Source: Stegostoma tigrinum (Eukaryota). From it: a DNA stretch of 64,000 bases. Positions within the stretch are counted from its first letter, which is position 1. Each line of letters starts with the position of its first letter. Under the pieces are notes generated by a model. The model saw only the letters and a list, made by a program, of their open reading frames with translations, ran no database searches and was not told the DNA's origin. The DNA lies in the NCBI RefSeq assembly GCF_030684315.1, contig NC_081379.1, positions 43,543,404-43,607,403 of the forward strand, in the 5' to 3' direction. Below are positions 1-13,622 of the stretch, piece after piece. A program made the position numbers and the translations under genes.

Positions 1-1067
1 AAGCCATCATCAGACAGTATCTTTTGTGAACTGATCCTCAATACTATTGATATTGGTTACGTGTCTGTCCATGGCTGTAATAGTCATAATGGCCTGTCCC
101 CAATTGCCTTGGAGTCTCAGTCTCACCTCTGGTTGCATAGTAGGATAGGAAATATAATCAGAGTGATATAAGCAGGTGATTTTGCAGGTGACTTTGAAAA
201 TTTTGCAGAGAGAGATTAGGCTGAGGATTCAATGATAATTTCAAAGGATGATGGAGCCAAATTTGTTTTCTTTTAGGAGAGAGTTGATGATAATCAATTT
301 AAAGGGAGGTGACCGAGTATCCCTAGTGATGGAAAAAAAAGCTTTAATTGTTTAAGTTCACATAGAAAGTGGCCAAGGAAGTTACAAAAGCCGACTTACT
401 GAGGAAGAAAGAAAAGAGTGTAATGTACAGAATGAGGTGCAGTTGACAATTGTGATACCAATCTATCAAATTTATAACATCAGACTCTCTACTTGGCAAA
501 CAGTGAAAGCAGCATAATCTATAGGGAGCTGAGAGATTCCACAATCAATGAATCAGTTCAAAACGTTGCTTCATTGTCAAATTCAGTCATGAAAAATGGT
601 GGGGGGGTGGGGGGTGTAGTTAAGGAACAAAAAGGAAGAGGAGATTATGTGAACATCCCAATAAGTGAATGATTTCAGAGCTCAAAACTGCACCAGAATG
701 GACAAAACAGAAACATTTTAAGCCAGAACTGTGAACACAAGGTGAGGTATTTAGCAGTGGAGTGAGAGTGAATTGTCACGAAATAAGGCAGAAATTGACT
801 AAATGTAATTCAAGGTAGACCTTAAATACCTTCGGATCGGTGGAAAACTCGTCAACATTTTTAGTCAAATGTAGCACAAACATGAATGGGCTGTGGTTGT
901 AAAGACTAATGACTTTGCCCTACTTCTTTGCTTCACATGCTAACCTCATCCATCTCCAACTGCTTCATTATGACATTTCCCGCTATCAGAAAGTCAGAAA
1001 TTGGGCTATTGTCTGCTGACTTCTCAGCTCCATTCAGAATTCATCAGATAAATATGCCTATATTAGC

Positions 1068-1490
1068 TTTGATTTATTATTGTCACATGTACCAATTGCA
1101 ATGAAAAGTATTGTTTTGTGTGCTATCCAGACAGATCATTATCTTACATAAGTACCTCAGAGTACCAGAACAGAATGAAGAATGTTGTGTTACAGCTACA
1201 GAGGAAGTGCAGAGAAAGATTAACTCTAATATATGGGAGTACGTTAATAAGCCTGATAACAGGAAGGAATAAGCTATTCTTGAATCTGTTGATACATGTT
1301 TTCAAACTTGTATATCTTTCATCCAATGGAAGAAGGTGGAAGAGAATGTAACTGGGATGGGAGGGGTCTTTGATTATGTTGGCTACTTTTTCAAGGCAGC
1401 GGGAAGTATAAGTGGATGCACTGGAAGGAATGCTAGTTTTTGTGATGGACTAGACTATGTTCACAACTGTCTGGCGACTCTACATCTGGC
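1068..1490 (-). mobile_element. Degenerate non-LTR retroposon 3' fragment (same family as 62595-62882)
   Basis: Begins TTTGATTTATTATTGTCACATGTACC; the reverse complement of about 62790-62882 is clearly homologous (TTTGATTTATTATTTGCACATGTACCAAT...GTGCTA.CCAGACA.ATCAT). Confidence 0.55.
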
Positions 1491-2580
1491 AAGATACAGC
1501 CTAGTTACTTACCTTGGCATTTAATGATTTTGCAATCACCATTCTATTCTCAAGGACTGACCCATTGTCTATTGAAGTGAGGCAGACACTAGGTTTCCTG
1601 CAGGAGGCTGGTAAGCTCTCCCAACGCCTTGATATAATTTACAAACCAAATGTCAAAAATGTGATGGAACACTCTTGCCTTCCTTTACTGTAGCTGTACC
1701 AATGATTAAGATGTTCAGCATCACCTAGGAAAGAAAAATAATCCACTTATTCAACACTTGAACAACCATGCTCAGCGTGGACTCATTTAATTTCTTTATT
1801 TTTCGCAGTATATACTGTCTGGAGTGCAACAAGGTATCATTTATACAATTTTCAAACACATGAACTCAATCATTTAGAAGGACAGAGGCTGCAAATATAT
1901 GGGGATATCATAATCTCCAGATACTTTTGCAATTACACACCATCCTGACTTGGGCACTTTCAGCTGTTCCTTCACCATCATTGCATCAAGTCTTTGGAAC
2001 TCCCTAAAGTGCAGGGCATTGGGAGACTTTAAATGATATTTAGTGCACATTGAATGAATTGGATTAAGTGGAAAGGTGCATTACCATCTTCTCATGGGAA
2101 ACTCTAGAGAATGGCAATAAATGCCTGCCTTGCCTGTGATACATATTGTTGTAGAGAGAAATATCAAGTAGGAGTCTTGAGTTCTGAATTCACCAGTAAA
2201 AGTGACCATTATTCAGACCTCTTCTACAACTCATGTAAAAGGAACCTGAGATGGCTCCAAATCTGGATTTCATGTGGGGCCCAATTGCCCCTTTAATTGC
2301 AGCTGAGATCAGAGGAGAGACCAATGACACTCCGAGTTCCCCAGCCTAGGTGCGCATTTTTATTCCTTTCATGTTACAATACTTACAGGCAATATTGATG
2401 TCATTGTTAGATATATCCCCCAATCCAATAAACACACAATCAATGATGGACAACTCTATGTACAGCCTTAGGCCCTCCAACTAACTCATAATGTTTACCA
2501 GACACCTCCATTATCTTTCTTTGGGATCTTACAATGCTTCTGGCAGTCATACTTTTGCCAGTTATTTGTCAGCAGCAATA

Positions 2581-5500
2581 CATAGAACATAGAACGTAGA
2601 ATAATACAGCGCAGAACAGGCCTTTCAGCCCTCCATGTTGTGCTGACCTGTGAACTAATCTAAGCCCCTCCCCTACACTATCCCATCATTATCCATATGC
2701 TTATCCAAGGACTGTTTAAATGTGGCTGAGTTAACTACATTGGCAGGCAGAGTGTTCCACGCCCTTATCACTCCCTGAGTAAAGAACCTGCCTCTGACAT
2801 CTGTCTTAAATCTATCACCCCTCAATTGGTAGCTATGCCCCCTTGAACAAGCTGAAGTCATAATCCTCGGAAAAAAAGACTCTCACTGTCCACCCTATAT
2901 AATCCTCTGATCATCTTGTATGTCTCTATTAAATCCCCTCTTAGCCTCCTTCTCTCCAATGAGAAGAGACCCAAGTCCCTCAGCCTTTTTTCATAGGGTC
3001 TGCACTCCAGACCAGGCAACATCCTGGTAAATCTCCTCTGCACCTTTTCCAATGCTTCCACATCCTTCCTGTAATGGGGTGACCAGAACTGCACGCAATA
3101 TTCCAAATGATGCCGCACTAGTGTTTTGTACAGTTGCATCACAGCTCCAGAACTCAATCCCTCTACCAATAAAACCTAATACACTGTAAGCCTTCTTAAC
3201 AGCACTATCAACCTGGATGGCAACTTTCAGGGATCTATGTACATGGTCACCAACATCCCTCTGCACATCCACAATACCAAGAATCTTTCCATTGACCTGG
3301 TATTCTGCCTTCCTATTATTCCTTCCAAAGTGAATCACCTCACATTTATCCGTATTAAACTCCATTTGCCACCTTTTGGCCCAATTCTGCAGTTTACCCA
3401 AGTCTCCCTGCAACCTGCAACATTCTTCCACACTGTCCACCACTCCACCGACATTAGTGTCATCTGCAAACTTGCTAACCCTTCCACTATGCCTGTGTCC
3501 AAGTCATTTATAAAAATGACAAACAGCAGTGGTCCCAAAACAGATCCTTGAGGCACACCACTAGTGACCTGACTCCAGGCTGAATATTTTCCATCAACCA
3601 CGACTCGTTGCCTTCTTACAGAAAGCCAGTTTCTAATCCAAACTGCTAAATCTACCGCCCTCAATCCCGTGCCTCTGTATTTTCTCCAACAGCTTACCAT
3701 GTGGAACCTTATCAACGGCTTTACTGAAATTCATGTACACCACGTCAACTTCCCTTCCCTCATCCACATGCCTGGTCACCTTCTCAAAAAACTCAATGAG
3801 GTTTGTGAGACACGACCTGCCCTTGACGAATCCATGCTGACTATCTCCAATCAAATTGTTGCTTGCTAGATGATTATAAATCCTATCTCTTATAATCCTT
3901 TCCAAAACTTTTCCTACCACAGACGTAAGGCTCACAGGTCTATAATTACCTGGGTCATCCCTACTGCCCTTCCTGAACAAGGGCAGAACATTTGCAATCC
4001 TCCAGTTCTCTGGTACTAAACCTGTAGACAATGGGGACTCAGAGATCAAGGCCAAAGGCTCCGCCACCTCCTCCCTAGCTTCCCAGACAATACTTGGAAA
4101 AACCCCATCTGGCCCAGGGTATTTATCTACCTTCACACCTTCTAGAATTGATAACACCTCCTACTTACTAACCTTAATCCTTTCAATTCTAGTAGCCTGT
4201 AACTCAGTCATCCCCTCTACAATATTCTCCTGTTCCTCAGTGAAAGCAGATGAGAAATAATCATTTAGCACCTCTCCAATCTCCACAGGGTCCACACACA
4301 ACTTCCCACTTCTGTCTTTGACTGGCCCTATTCCTACCCTAGTCATCCTTTTATTCCTCACATACCTATAGAAAGCTTTAGGGTTCTTCTTTATTCTACC
4401 TGCCAATGTCTGCTTATGTCCCCTCCTTGCTCTTCTTAACTGTCTCTTTAAATCCTTCCTAGCTAATCTGTAACTCTCCAATGCCTCATCTGAACCATCT
4501 CGTCTCGTTGTCACATAAGCCTCCCTCTTCTGCTTAACAAGACATACAATTTCTTTAGTAAACCACAGTTGCCTTACCTCATTGCTTCCTCCCTGCCTGA
4601 CAGGGACATACCTATCAAGGACACGCAACATCTGTTCCTTAAACCAGCTCCACATTTCGATTGTCCCCATCCCCTGCATTTTGCTAACCTATTCTATGCC
4701 TCCTAAGTCTTGGCTAATGCATTATAATTGCCCTTCCTCCATCTATAACTCTTGCCCTGTGGCATGTTCCTATCCCTTTCCATTGCTAAAGTAAACATAA
4801 CCGAATTATGGTTACTCTCTCCAAAGTGCTCACCTACCACTAAATCAAACACCTGGCCTGGTTCATTACCAAGTACCAGAACCAGTGTGGCCTCCCCTCT
4901 TGTCGGCCATTCGACATACTGAGTCAGGAAACCCTCCCACACACATTGGACGAAAACTGATCCACCTGATATACTAGAGTTATAGCATTTACAGTCAATG
5001 TTAGGGAAGTTAAAGTCTCCCATAATGACCACCCTGTTCCTTTCACTCCTGGCCAGAATAGTTTTGCCAATCCTCTCCTCCATATCCCTGGAACTTTGTG
5101 GAGGTCCATAAAAAGCTCCCAGCAGTGTGGCCTCTCCTCTCCTGTTTCTGACCTCAGCCCATACCACCTCAGTAGACGAGTCCTCATCAAAAGTTCTTTC
5201 AGCCACCGTTACACTGTCCTTGACTAACAAAGCCACACCCCCCCCCCCTCTTTAACCACCTTCCCTGACCTTAATGAAAGATCTAAACCCTGGAACCTGC
5301 AACATCCATTCCTGACCCTGCTCTATCCGTGCCTCCAAAATGGCCACAATATCAAAGACCCAGGTACCTATCCATGCTGCAAGCTCACCTACCTTATTCC
5401 GGATACTCCTGGCATTAAAGTAGATACACTTCAATCCAACTTGCTGTCTGCCAGCACACTCCTATGACAGTGAGGTCCTGTCCATGTCCTCCCTACGCTC

Positions 5501-6363
5501 ACCCTTCTGTGTACCAGGACTACACCTCAGTTTCCCATCCCCCTGCTGAGCTAGTTTAAATCCACCCGAATAGCACTAAAAAATTTCCCACCCAGGATAT
5601 TAGTGCCTCTCTGGTTCAAGTAGAGACTATCCTGTTTGTAGAGGTCCCACCTTCCCCAGAATGGCCCCAATTGTCCATGTACCTGAAGCCCTCCCTCCTG
5701 CACCATCCCTGCAGCCATGTGTTCAGCTGAAACCTCTCCCTGTTCTTTGCTTCACTAGCATGTAGCACGGGTAACAAACCAGAGATAACCACTCTGTTTG
5801 TTCTAGCTCTCAGCTTCCACCCTAGCTCCCTGAAATCCTGCCTGACATCCCTATCCCTCTTTCTACCTATGTCGTTGGTGCCTATGTGGACCACGACTTG
5901 GGGCTGGACACCCTCTCCCTTCAGGACCCCAAAGACATGATCTGAGACATCATGGATCCTGGCACCTGGGAGGCAACACACCAATCGTGAATCTCTTTCA
6001 TTCCCGGCAAACCTTCTATCAGTCCCTCTAACTATTGAGTCCCCAATGACTAACACTCTCTTCCTATCCCCCCTTCCCTTCTGTGCAAGAGGGACAGACT
6101 CTGTGCCAGAGACCTGCACCCAAGTGCATGCTCCTGGTAAGTTGTCCTCCCTAACAGCATCCAAAATGGTATACTTGTTTTTCAGGGGAACGACCACAGA
6201 GGATGCCTGCCTTCTAACAGTTACCCAGCTTTCTTCATGCTTAGGAGTAACTACTTCCCTGTAACTCTTGTCTATCACTGACTCTGCCTCCCGAATGATC
6301 CAAAGTTTATCCAGCTCCCACTCCAGTTCCCTAACGCAGTCTTGGAGAAGCAAGAGTTGGGTG
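2581..6363 (-). mobile_element. CR1-clade LINE, 5'-truncated and frameshifted: ORF1 (SGNH esterase-like) plus ORF2 (APE endonuclease, RT)
   Basis: ORF 5616-6353 has VLVIGDSIVR, CLPGA and VHIGTND (SGNH motifs). ORF2 pieces: CIYFNARSIRNK (5252-5434), IMGDFNFP (4703-5236), PGPDG/NYRPVSLTS/QHGFVKGRSCLTNL (3633-4157), [13 protein letters not shown] (3335-3715), [10 protein letters not shown] (2858-3169). The 3' tail (TTCTATG)n reads as catagaacatagaac at 2581. Confidence 0.95.
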
Positions 6364-8796
6364 CATATTATTTGCCAATAACCTTAAATACTTGCTTATC
6401 ACTAAGAACTCTTTCAAATTCTGTAATAATAACTTTAGTATGACAGATTACCAAGGCTGTTACTCTCTACCAATTGTTTTTAAGTCTTCAAAATCAATTC
6501 TAATGTAAAGTTACTGCAATTCTGTGACACAGCTGACAATTGATGACAATCTCTCTTTCACTTCAGCCTGAAAGATAGAACAAACAATCCCTCTGACTTG
6601 CAGCTGCATTTTACGACCCCTACTATTTGCATGCTGTAACTAAAGTTTCATTTCTAAATTAATATTTACTGTTTCTACTCTAAACATTTTCCATTACTAA
6701 TTTTCTTAATATAGAACATCTATTTGAATTCCAATGATAAGGGTGAAATGCAATCACATTGCAATTTTATAAGTCTTTGAACAAAACTTGTCTAGATTCC
6801 ATAAATAACTAGGGTACATAACCATTCTATATTTTGTCATCTGCCTTTGCCACGTTTCCCTTGATATCTGGGTGTAAAAATTTGTTCAAATTATTTACAT
6901 CTGCACGTAAACTTCAACTGTTTATCCCTCCCCATTCGTGATCTTTTTTTGCAACGTTCTTCTGCCTTCTTCCCGTGCAATTGGTCTTTTAGATGTCATG
7001 TTTTCACCATTTATAACATTATCTTCCATAATAATGCAATGGGCCTCTTTATTGCCTACAGATATTTGTTTAGGGAATGAAACTAACCTTTTTACATTAA
7101 TTTGTTGTTTGTCTTCCTAATTCTATAATTATCTAAAAATTCAGAATACTGTAAGATCTGGGTTTTCTTTCTGCATTTTACTAAATAACAAATTTAGGAC
7201 TATGGCCAAACTAAGTATTTCAAAAATACCCCGCATTAAAGTGCTTATATGCTTAGAACTGCCTGTTTGCAAAAACCTGATTAAATTCCCTAACATTCCC
7301 TCCCATGGAAAGTCTTATCCAATATCTCTAAATGGAGATTACAAGCCTGGCTGTGAACATCTGCTATGTGTAGCTGCCAATCCCAGTTGGCCAACTTGTC
7401 AACTTTACTCGTGGGCTGCTACAAATGTATCCACAGAATGGAAATTAATGTGCTCTTAAACAGGCCCAGGCAGTGTTATTTCCCCAAAAGAATTACATGG
7501 AAAAATTTAATTAACAAGATTAATACATAATTAACAAGATTTAATTCTCTTTTTCATTTGTGGATGTGTTTGTGTGGTCGATGATAACCACCCCCACCAC
7601 TGCCCACCGTGCACACAGAGTGCTAATGATGGGGCATCCAGTGATGGTAATGCTATTCGCCATGAAGGGAAGATTGTGAGGTTCTTTATTGGAGATAGAT
7701 GTTCCCTGGGACTTTTCTTGTATGAATGTTACATATCAATTATCAGTTCCAACCTGTAAGATGCCCAGGGCCTGTTGGATGCCAACACAGATTACTTCAA
7801 TGTGTGAGAGATTATGAATAGTAGGAAACACTGTAATTATTAACATATATTCCCACTTCAGACTTTCATTTAGAGGCAGGGTAATTAACAAAGTATAATT
7901 ACGTCTAGGACACCTACTTGAGGAGCCCCTGCAGCTACACCCTGGCACTGAGATAGTAGGGCACCAACAACCACAACCTTTGTGCAATGTATGGCTCCAA
8001 AAATTGAAGAACTTCTATTTGACTTCCATTTACTTCAATTTTGTTAAGACTCCTGGATGTCATACTCAATCAAATGCTGTCTCAATGTCACCTCTCTCCT
8101 CTCACCATACCTCTAGAAGTCAATTTTTTTTTGCTATGTCTGAATCAAGGCTTCAATGAAGGCTTCTGGTACATGGACTGATCAGAACCCAATCAGTGAG
8201 CAAGTAATTGTTGTCGATGGTACAGTCAAGGACACTTTCTGTTAGTCTGATTGAGTGTAGGCTGACAGGACAGTATTTGATTGACTAGACTTTTCACCCA
8301 CTTGTGAACTGCATGTAATGTAACAATCTTCTGCATTGTTGGGTGTTGCAGCTCTCTTGGAACAGCTTGGCTATGTGTATACCTATCCCTGGGACAAAGG
8401 TCTTCAGTCTTACAGCCGGTTAATATCAAACCCCATAGCCTTTGGAGATAATGGGAATGGGATAGCCTTTGTTCTATTCAGTGACTCCAGCCACATCACA
8501 GTCATGCCGTGAAGGCTAAAGCCTCTGATTCTAGAGACCTTAGGAGGAGGACAGCGCTGTTTATCTCATCAGCATCTCTGGATGAAGATGGTTGCAATGC
8601 TTCGGCCTTGTTTTTCATTGAAGATGAGACAGTTTTGCAGCATCTTTCTCCAGTCAGTTGTTCAAGTGTCCACTATCATTCATAATTGAATGTGGCAGGG
8701 CTGAACATCTCTAACCTAATGTATTGATCATGTGATTCCTTAGTTCTGTTTATAGCATTCTTCTTTTGCTACTTACCATGCACGTGGCAAACAATC

Positions 8797-9112
8797 ATCG
8801 AATCCCTACAGTGTGGAAACAGGCCTTCGGCCCAACAAGTCTACACTGAACCTCAGAGCATCCCACCCAGACCCATCCCCCTATAGCCCACCTAATCTAC
8901 ACTTCCCTGAACACTACAGGCAATTTAACATGGCTAATCCATCTAACCTGAACACCTTTGGACTGTGGGAGGAAACCAGAGCACCCAGAGGAAACCCATG
9001 CAGACATAGGGAGAATGTGCAAACTCCACACAGTCGGCCGAGGCCAGAATCAAACCAGGGTCCCTGGTGCTGTGAGGCAGCAGTGCTAACCACTGTGCCA
9101 CCGTGCCGCCCT
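8797..9112 (-). mobile_element. tRNA-derived SINE (shark type)
   Basis: The minus strand starts GGGCGGCACGGTGGCACAGTGGTTAGCACTGCTGCCTCACAGCACCAGGGACCCTGGTTTGATTC (A/B-box-like head). Homologous copies lie at 10581 and 61229. Confidence 0.85.
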
Positions 9113-10580
9113 AAATGAAACCTTCTTTCCTTCTTCCCCGCAGAAGTCTGATATCTACAACACAAGTGTTGTATCTTCACCAACTTGGCAACTAATTTCA
9201 AAATTCTTAGTACTGCTCCTGGCATGGTCTCATCATTGAGCCCTGGTGATTTTACTGACCTTGTAGTTATGGTAGAGTGAGATGTTTGCAGTGCAATGAG
9301 GTGATGGATTTGTGTTGAATGTAATTCCTGCTGCCAAATCACCCACAATGCATCTAGGTTGCCATATTTTGTGTTGCTAGATCCGTTCTTAATTTATCTC
9401 ATCATCACTGTGGTAGTTTTGCACAACCAGGTGGAACATACTCTCAACTTGAAGATAAGTTTTCATTTCCAGAAGAGCTGTGAAGTTATCACTTCTATTA
9501 TCATAAGCAGGTTCGCCCAGCATAAATGGATTGATGAACTAGATTTTCCTTCTTGGTGGTTTTCTCTCCAACTGTCATTGGCCCAGTCTGACAGATAAAT
9601 TCTACAGGACTGAGCCAGCTCAGTCTGCAGTAGTGGATGGGAACCACTCTTCATAATGAACTTTGGAATCCCACACGACAACTCTCAGAGCCTTTGCTAA
9701 ATTCAGTACTTCTTCCAAGTGGTATTTAACACACAGGAATATTGATTCCTCAACTGATGAAGGAGGTGAATGAATAAAAGCAGGGGATATCATTCCTTTT
9801 GTTTCATAACTGGAACGTTTTCCTTATATTATCCTACATGAATAAATGATTCAGCTTGACTAAGTAAAATGACTTCCACCTTCCTTCCTGCCTTTCACTT
9901 CTTGTGTTAGTTGAAACCTTTCCACGAAAGTTTTGCTGAAATATTTTATTATTGTCTGTCTCTGTGTTAAATAAATCTTATTTTAGCAGTCACAAAGAAA
10001 ATATCCAATAATTGTTATTGAGCACCTAGGACCAGAGTTTTGCCAGCCCAGTAGACATAAAAGAATGTATTAAAAGAATCAACAGATCTAGGTAGACGAA
10101 TCATTTACTGTGTATGATATTTCGGGATTCACAAAGCGAAATATCAGTAGATTAATTACAGCTCCCCTTATTTATAATAAAACTCACGACTACAATTTGA
10201 TTTAGAAATCGAACGTATTTTGTGGAAAACGACTGAAAAAGAAACTTGAAACGTACAAATCATATTGATTACTTGTCCGAATCATGACAAATTAATGGTG
10301 ATGGCATCCTACTGTTGACGAAAAGATAATGATAAATACAGTGTATTCTGCTGCTGGACAGTTCACATTGAAAGGTCTACTATTCTCTCATTACTGCATC
10401 TAGAGGTTAGAATGGATTCAAGCTATGTCAGTTTCTTTTGGTTAACTGTGATTGTGGATGTATTTTCAGCTGCTGATGTTTTTGTTTAAATAAAATAACT
10501 GAAAATTTATTTTTTTGTTAGGACGCAAGACAAATGCCGCAGAAGTCTAAATCAGCTGATTCACAGGAAGTCACGAATAT

Positions 10581-10864
10581 TTAGATTAGATTCCCGACAG
10601 TGTGGAAAAGGCCCCTCGGCCCAACAAGTCCGCACCCCTTGAAGCATCCCACACAAACCCATCCCCCTCTAACCCACGCACCCCTGAACACTACAGGCAA
10701 TTTAGCATGGCCGATCCACCCTAACCTGCACATCTTTGGACTGTGGGAGGAAACCCACGCAGACAACGTGCAAACTCCGCATAGACAGTCGCCCGAGGCT
10801 GGAATTGAACGCGGGTCCCAGGCGCTGTGAGGCGGCAGTGCTAACGACTGAGCCACCGCGCCGC
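10581..10864 (-). mobile_element. tRNA-derived SINE (shark type)
   Basis: Head GCGGCGCGGTGGCTCAGTCGTTAGCACTGCCGCCTCACAGCGCCTGGGACCCGCGTTCAATTCC; 3' tail (AATCT)n. Confidence 0.85.
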
Positions 10865-11199
10865 TCCACCTGCTGCGTTAAACGTAAATTTCAGGTATTT
10901 CCTTTAACTGCGCAATTCTTCGGAGGTTCAGGCATTTTTGACGCGACTGTTTAAATAATTGCAGTAAAGACGTGAGCAGGGGTACTGAAGAGTCCTTAAA
11001 GGATTAAAAGAGCACGACAGCATATTGCCTCTTTTGACTTTCAGGCAGGTTGATCGGAATCGGGTTGATCGCTTTAACGATGAATCCGCCCGGAAGGTCA
11101 AGGAACTTGTGTCACGCAGTCCGCAACTGAGGGAATCAAAGTGAGCCGTTTTGTTAGGAAGCCTTTGGTTTTGGACAATCCTATTAGGAATTAGCCGTG

Positions 11200-11720
11200 A
11201 GAGGGTTTGCACATTTTCCTATTTCAAGTATTTATCTTACCCTTTCGGAACTCCGTATCGCATTTGTGTCCAGCACCTTTTCAGGCAAGGCGTGCAATGT
11301 TATGAAAAATAAATGTTGCATCGAGGTATTTGTTTCCATCGTCACAATTCTTTCACGCACAGCATCTAATCAGTCTCCCCTGTCATCGGGAACAGTTTAT
11401 TCCTATTTCCTGTCTAAGGCAGCTTCTTCGCTTTCTACAGCCGGATCAAAGCACCCTTCAACAATCTCTGCTCGGAGAATACCAATGTCCGACATTCTCA
11501 TCGCTCCACGGTACCGAAGTCTTTCATGTCTGATATCACTCAAGTGAATGAGCGTCCTGTGCATCTTCACCGAGGCCTTGACATTCTTCTCTAAGTGTGG
11601 TGACCTAGGATTAACCACGATATTTTAGCCAGGTCGTGCTAAGCCTTTTATAGACCTTTTGCTCGGCTTCCTTGCTTTCGCAAACACTGCTGATAATAAA
11701 GCTATGGATATGATACGTAT
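11200..11720 (-). mobile_element. Old, highly degenerate CR1-like RT 3' fragment
   Basis: Translation resembles the CR1 ORF2 C-terminus (RSPHLEKNVKASVKMHR...ERLRY vs [18 protein letters not shown]...YEKRLR in the young element). Confidence 0.5.
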
Positions 11721-12644
11721 TTTTAACAGCTTGTTCAACTAGTCCCGTCAACTATAGCTGTTCTTGTACCGTGGTGGTAGGTAGTGTCTCTACCTATGAG
11801 CTAGGAGACCCAAGTTCAAGTCTCCCCTGCTCCAGAAGTGTATAATAACTTTGCTGAGCAAATTGATCTGAGAAATCAACAATTGCCTTCCAATGTTTAA
11901 ATCACGCTCTCCCATTCCTCCTACACCAACGAATCGTTTGACACCTCTCTGCGTTGTGTAGATATTTTTCCTAATCAACCTGTTCAGACATGGTTTGACA
12001 CAGAACAAGGATAGATGGGAATTGACCCCAGCCTTACTAGTGCAAACGTAGGGGCTGTACCCTTGCACCATAAGAATCCCCATTCCTGCATTAAGTATAA
12101 ACTGTACTAATTTCTCTATCCTGACGCAAGCATTGTAATTTCAATTCGGGCAAAGTCACAAATCTCCAAATAATGTACTGTCAAAACGTTTAATTATTCA
12201 AACCAAATAATTTGATGTTTTTATTGAATAAAGTAGTAAATATGGTATAAATTACCTTGAAAATTCACGTGAAACTAATCTTCCCTAGATGCCATTAATA
12301 TTTTCAAACTCCATAAAAATACTTCATTTTAACGGTAATGTATCTGAACATAATTTCATCTTGTATTCTGTCAGGATGTGGTTGAATTTCTAAGTATTGG
12401 TTTCAAAGTTTAATACGAAGGTTGTCTTGGCGTATTGTACAGCTAGGACAACATTGCCTTCAGTAGAAGTTTCCCCCAAACCTTCTGTGTTAAAGGAAAG
12501 ATCAACTGATCGTGATTTATGTTGAAAAAACTGACTTCGTCGTACTGTTTAGGCAACTGTTTGAAACGTCAGGACGATATTGCGTTTTTGCTCAATCCAA
12601 TGTCTCCTGACTCTTTGCAAATCCTATAACTTGGATCAATGGTC

Positions 12645-12682
12645 GATTGGAGTTTGAACGCCAACCCATATTTGCATAATGG
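12645..12682 (+). promoter_or_regulatory. Ig promoter of pseudo-cluster 1: inverted CCAAT plus octamer
   Basis: GATTGG near 12645, ATTTGCAT at 12670-12677 followed by AATG, about 120 nt upstream of the leader ATG; same layout as at 29243. Confidence 0.8.
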
Positions 12683-12790
12683 AGAGCCACATGACAATCT
12701 GCCCTCTTTCTGAACATTGACAAAATAAAGCGACCTTGGTAAGCGTTAAAGCCTTTTGCCTGCAAACCTGCCGGACTCTCTGAATTCAGG

Positions 12791-13275
12791 ATGTCCCAAT
12801 GGGTGTGTGTCATCTCAACTCTGCTCATCGCCACAGTCTGAAAGTTCTCAAGATGTCATTGTAGATAAGATTTTGTTACATAGAGAAACATCATGTCAAT
12901 CAGATGAATGCCATATTCTAATATTGCTGTATCTGTTACAGGTTCAAACGCGCAGATTACATTAACAACCGAAATCGCCATCCATCGCACCAAGGGAGAT
13001 TAAGTTATAGCGTGTCAGGTGGAAATTTGGGAAACGCTGATATAAGATGGCACCAGCAGAAACCCGAGTCTACTCTTCGATTCGTACTCTACCATTGTCT
13101 TAACCGTGATAGCAAAGGCCCCGGGATCCCTGATCATTTCTCTGGCAGGAGTCAATCGTCAACAAACGCCGCGAATTTGACTATCAGCGGAGTTTAACTG
13201 GAGGACAACGCCGATTATTATTGTGGCAGAGCAACGCTATTTACTTCGGCGGAGGGACCAAACTGACAGTTCCGA
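12791..13275 (+). pseudogene. Ig light-chain leader plus germline-joined VJ exon, pseudogene (paralog of the 29428 gene)
   Basis: Leader MSQWVCVISTLLIATV at 12791-12839 with the donor mutated to GAAAGT. VJ exon 12942-13275 has FR1 deletions, WHQQKP...FSGRSQSSTNAANLTISGV then TAA (13195-13197), DYYC, an out-of-frame CDR3, J FGGGTKLTV and donor GTTAGT. No RSS between V and J. Confidence 0.93.
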
Positions 13276-13489
13276 GTTAGTAACATTTGCTTCATTCACT
13301 CTGAACAACAGATTTTGCTTTTCCTTTATCCAACGTATAGTCAGAAATATTACTAATTGCTTCATGCATGTTACAATATCAGGTACGCCAAATAATTTGG
13401 TGCTGTGGACTGTAACCAACTTTTTATACAAAGGCCTATTAAATATAGGACGCAAAATATAAAGAAAGAATAGGATAACAACAGATCTC

Positions 13490-13622
13490 TGCTCTCTGAT
13501 GAAGGGTCTAGGCCTGAAACGTCAACTTTTGTGCTCCTGAGATGCTGCTTGGCCTGCTGTGTTCATCCAGCTTCACACTTTATTATCCCGGATTCTCCAG
13601 CATCTGCAGTTCCCATTATCAC
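13490..13622 (+). mobile_element. Penelope-like element 3' terminal fragment with hammerhead motif
   Basis: CTGATGA(13496)-agggtctaggcct-GAAACGTC then the family tail ...CAGTTCCCATTATC; flanked by ATAAAGAAAGAA(T/C)AGG at 13459-13474 and 13623-13638. Confidence 0.85.

Noticed and set aside
8797-9112. tRNA genes at SINE heads (also 10581 and 61229)
   Set aside because: The tRNA-like A/B boxes continue into a shared SINE body and tail; these are not standalone tRNAs.
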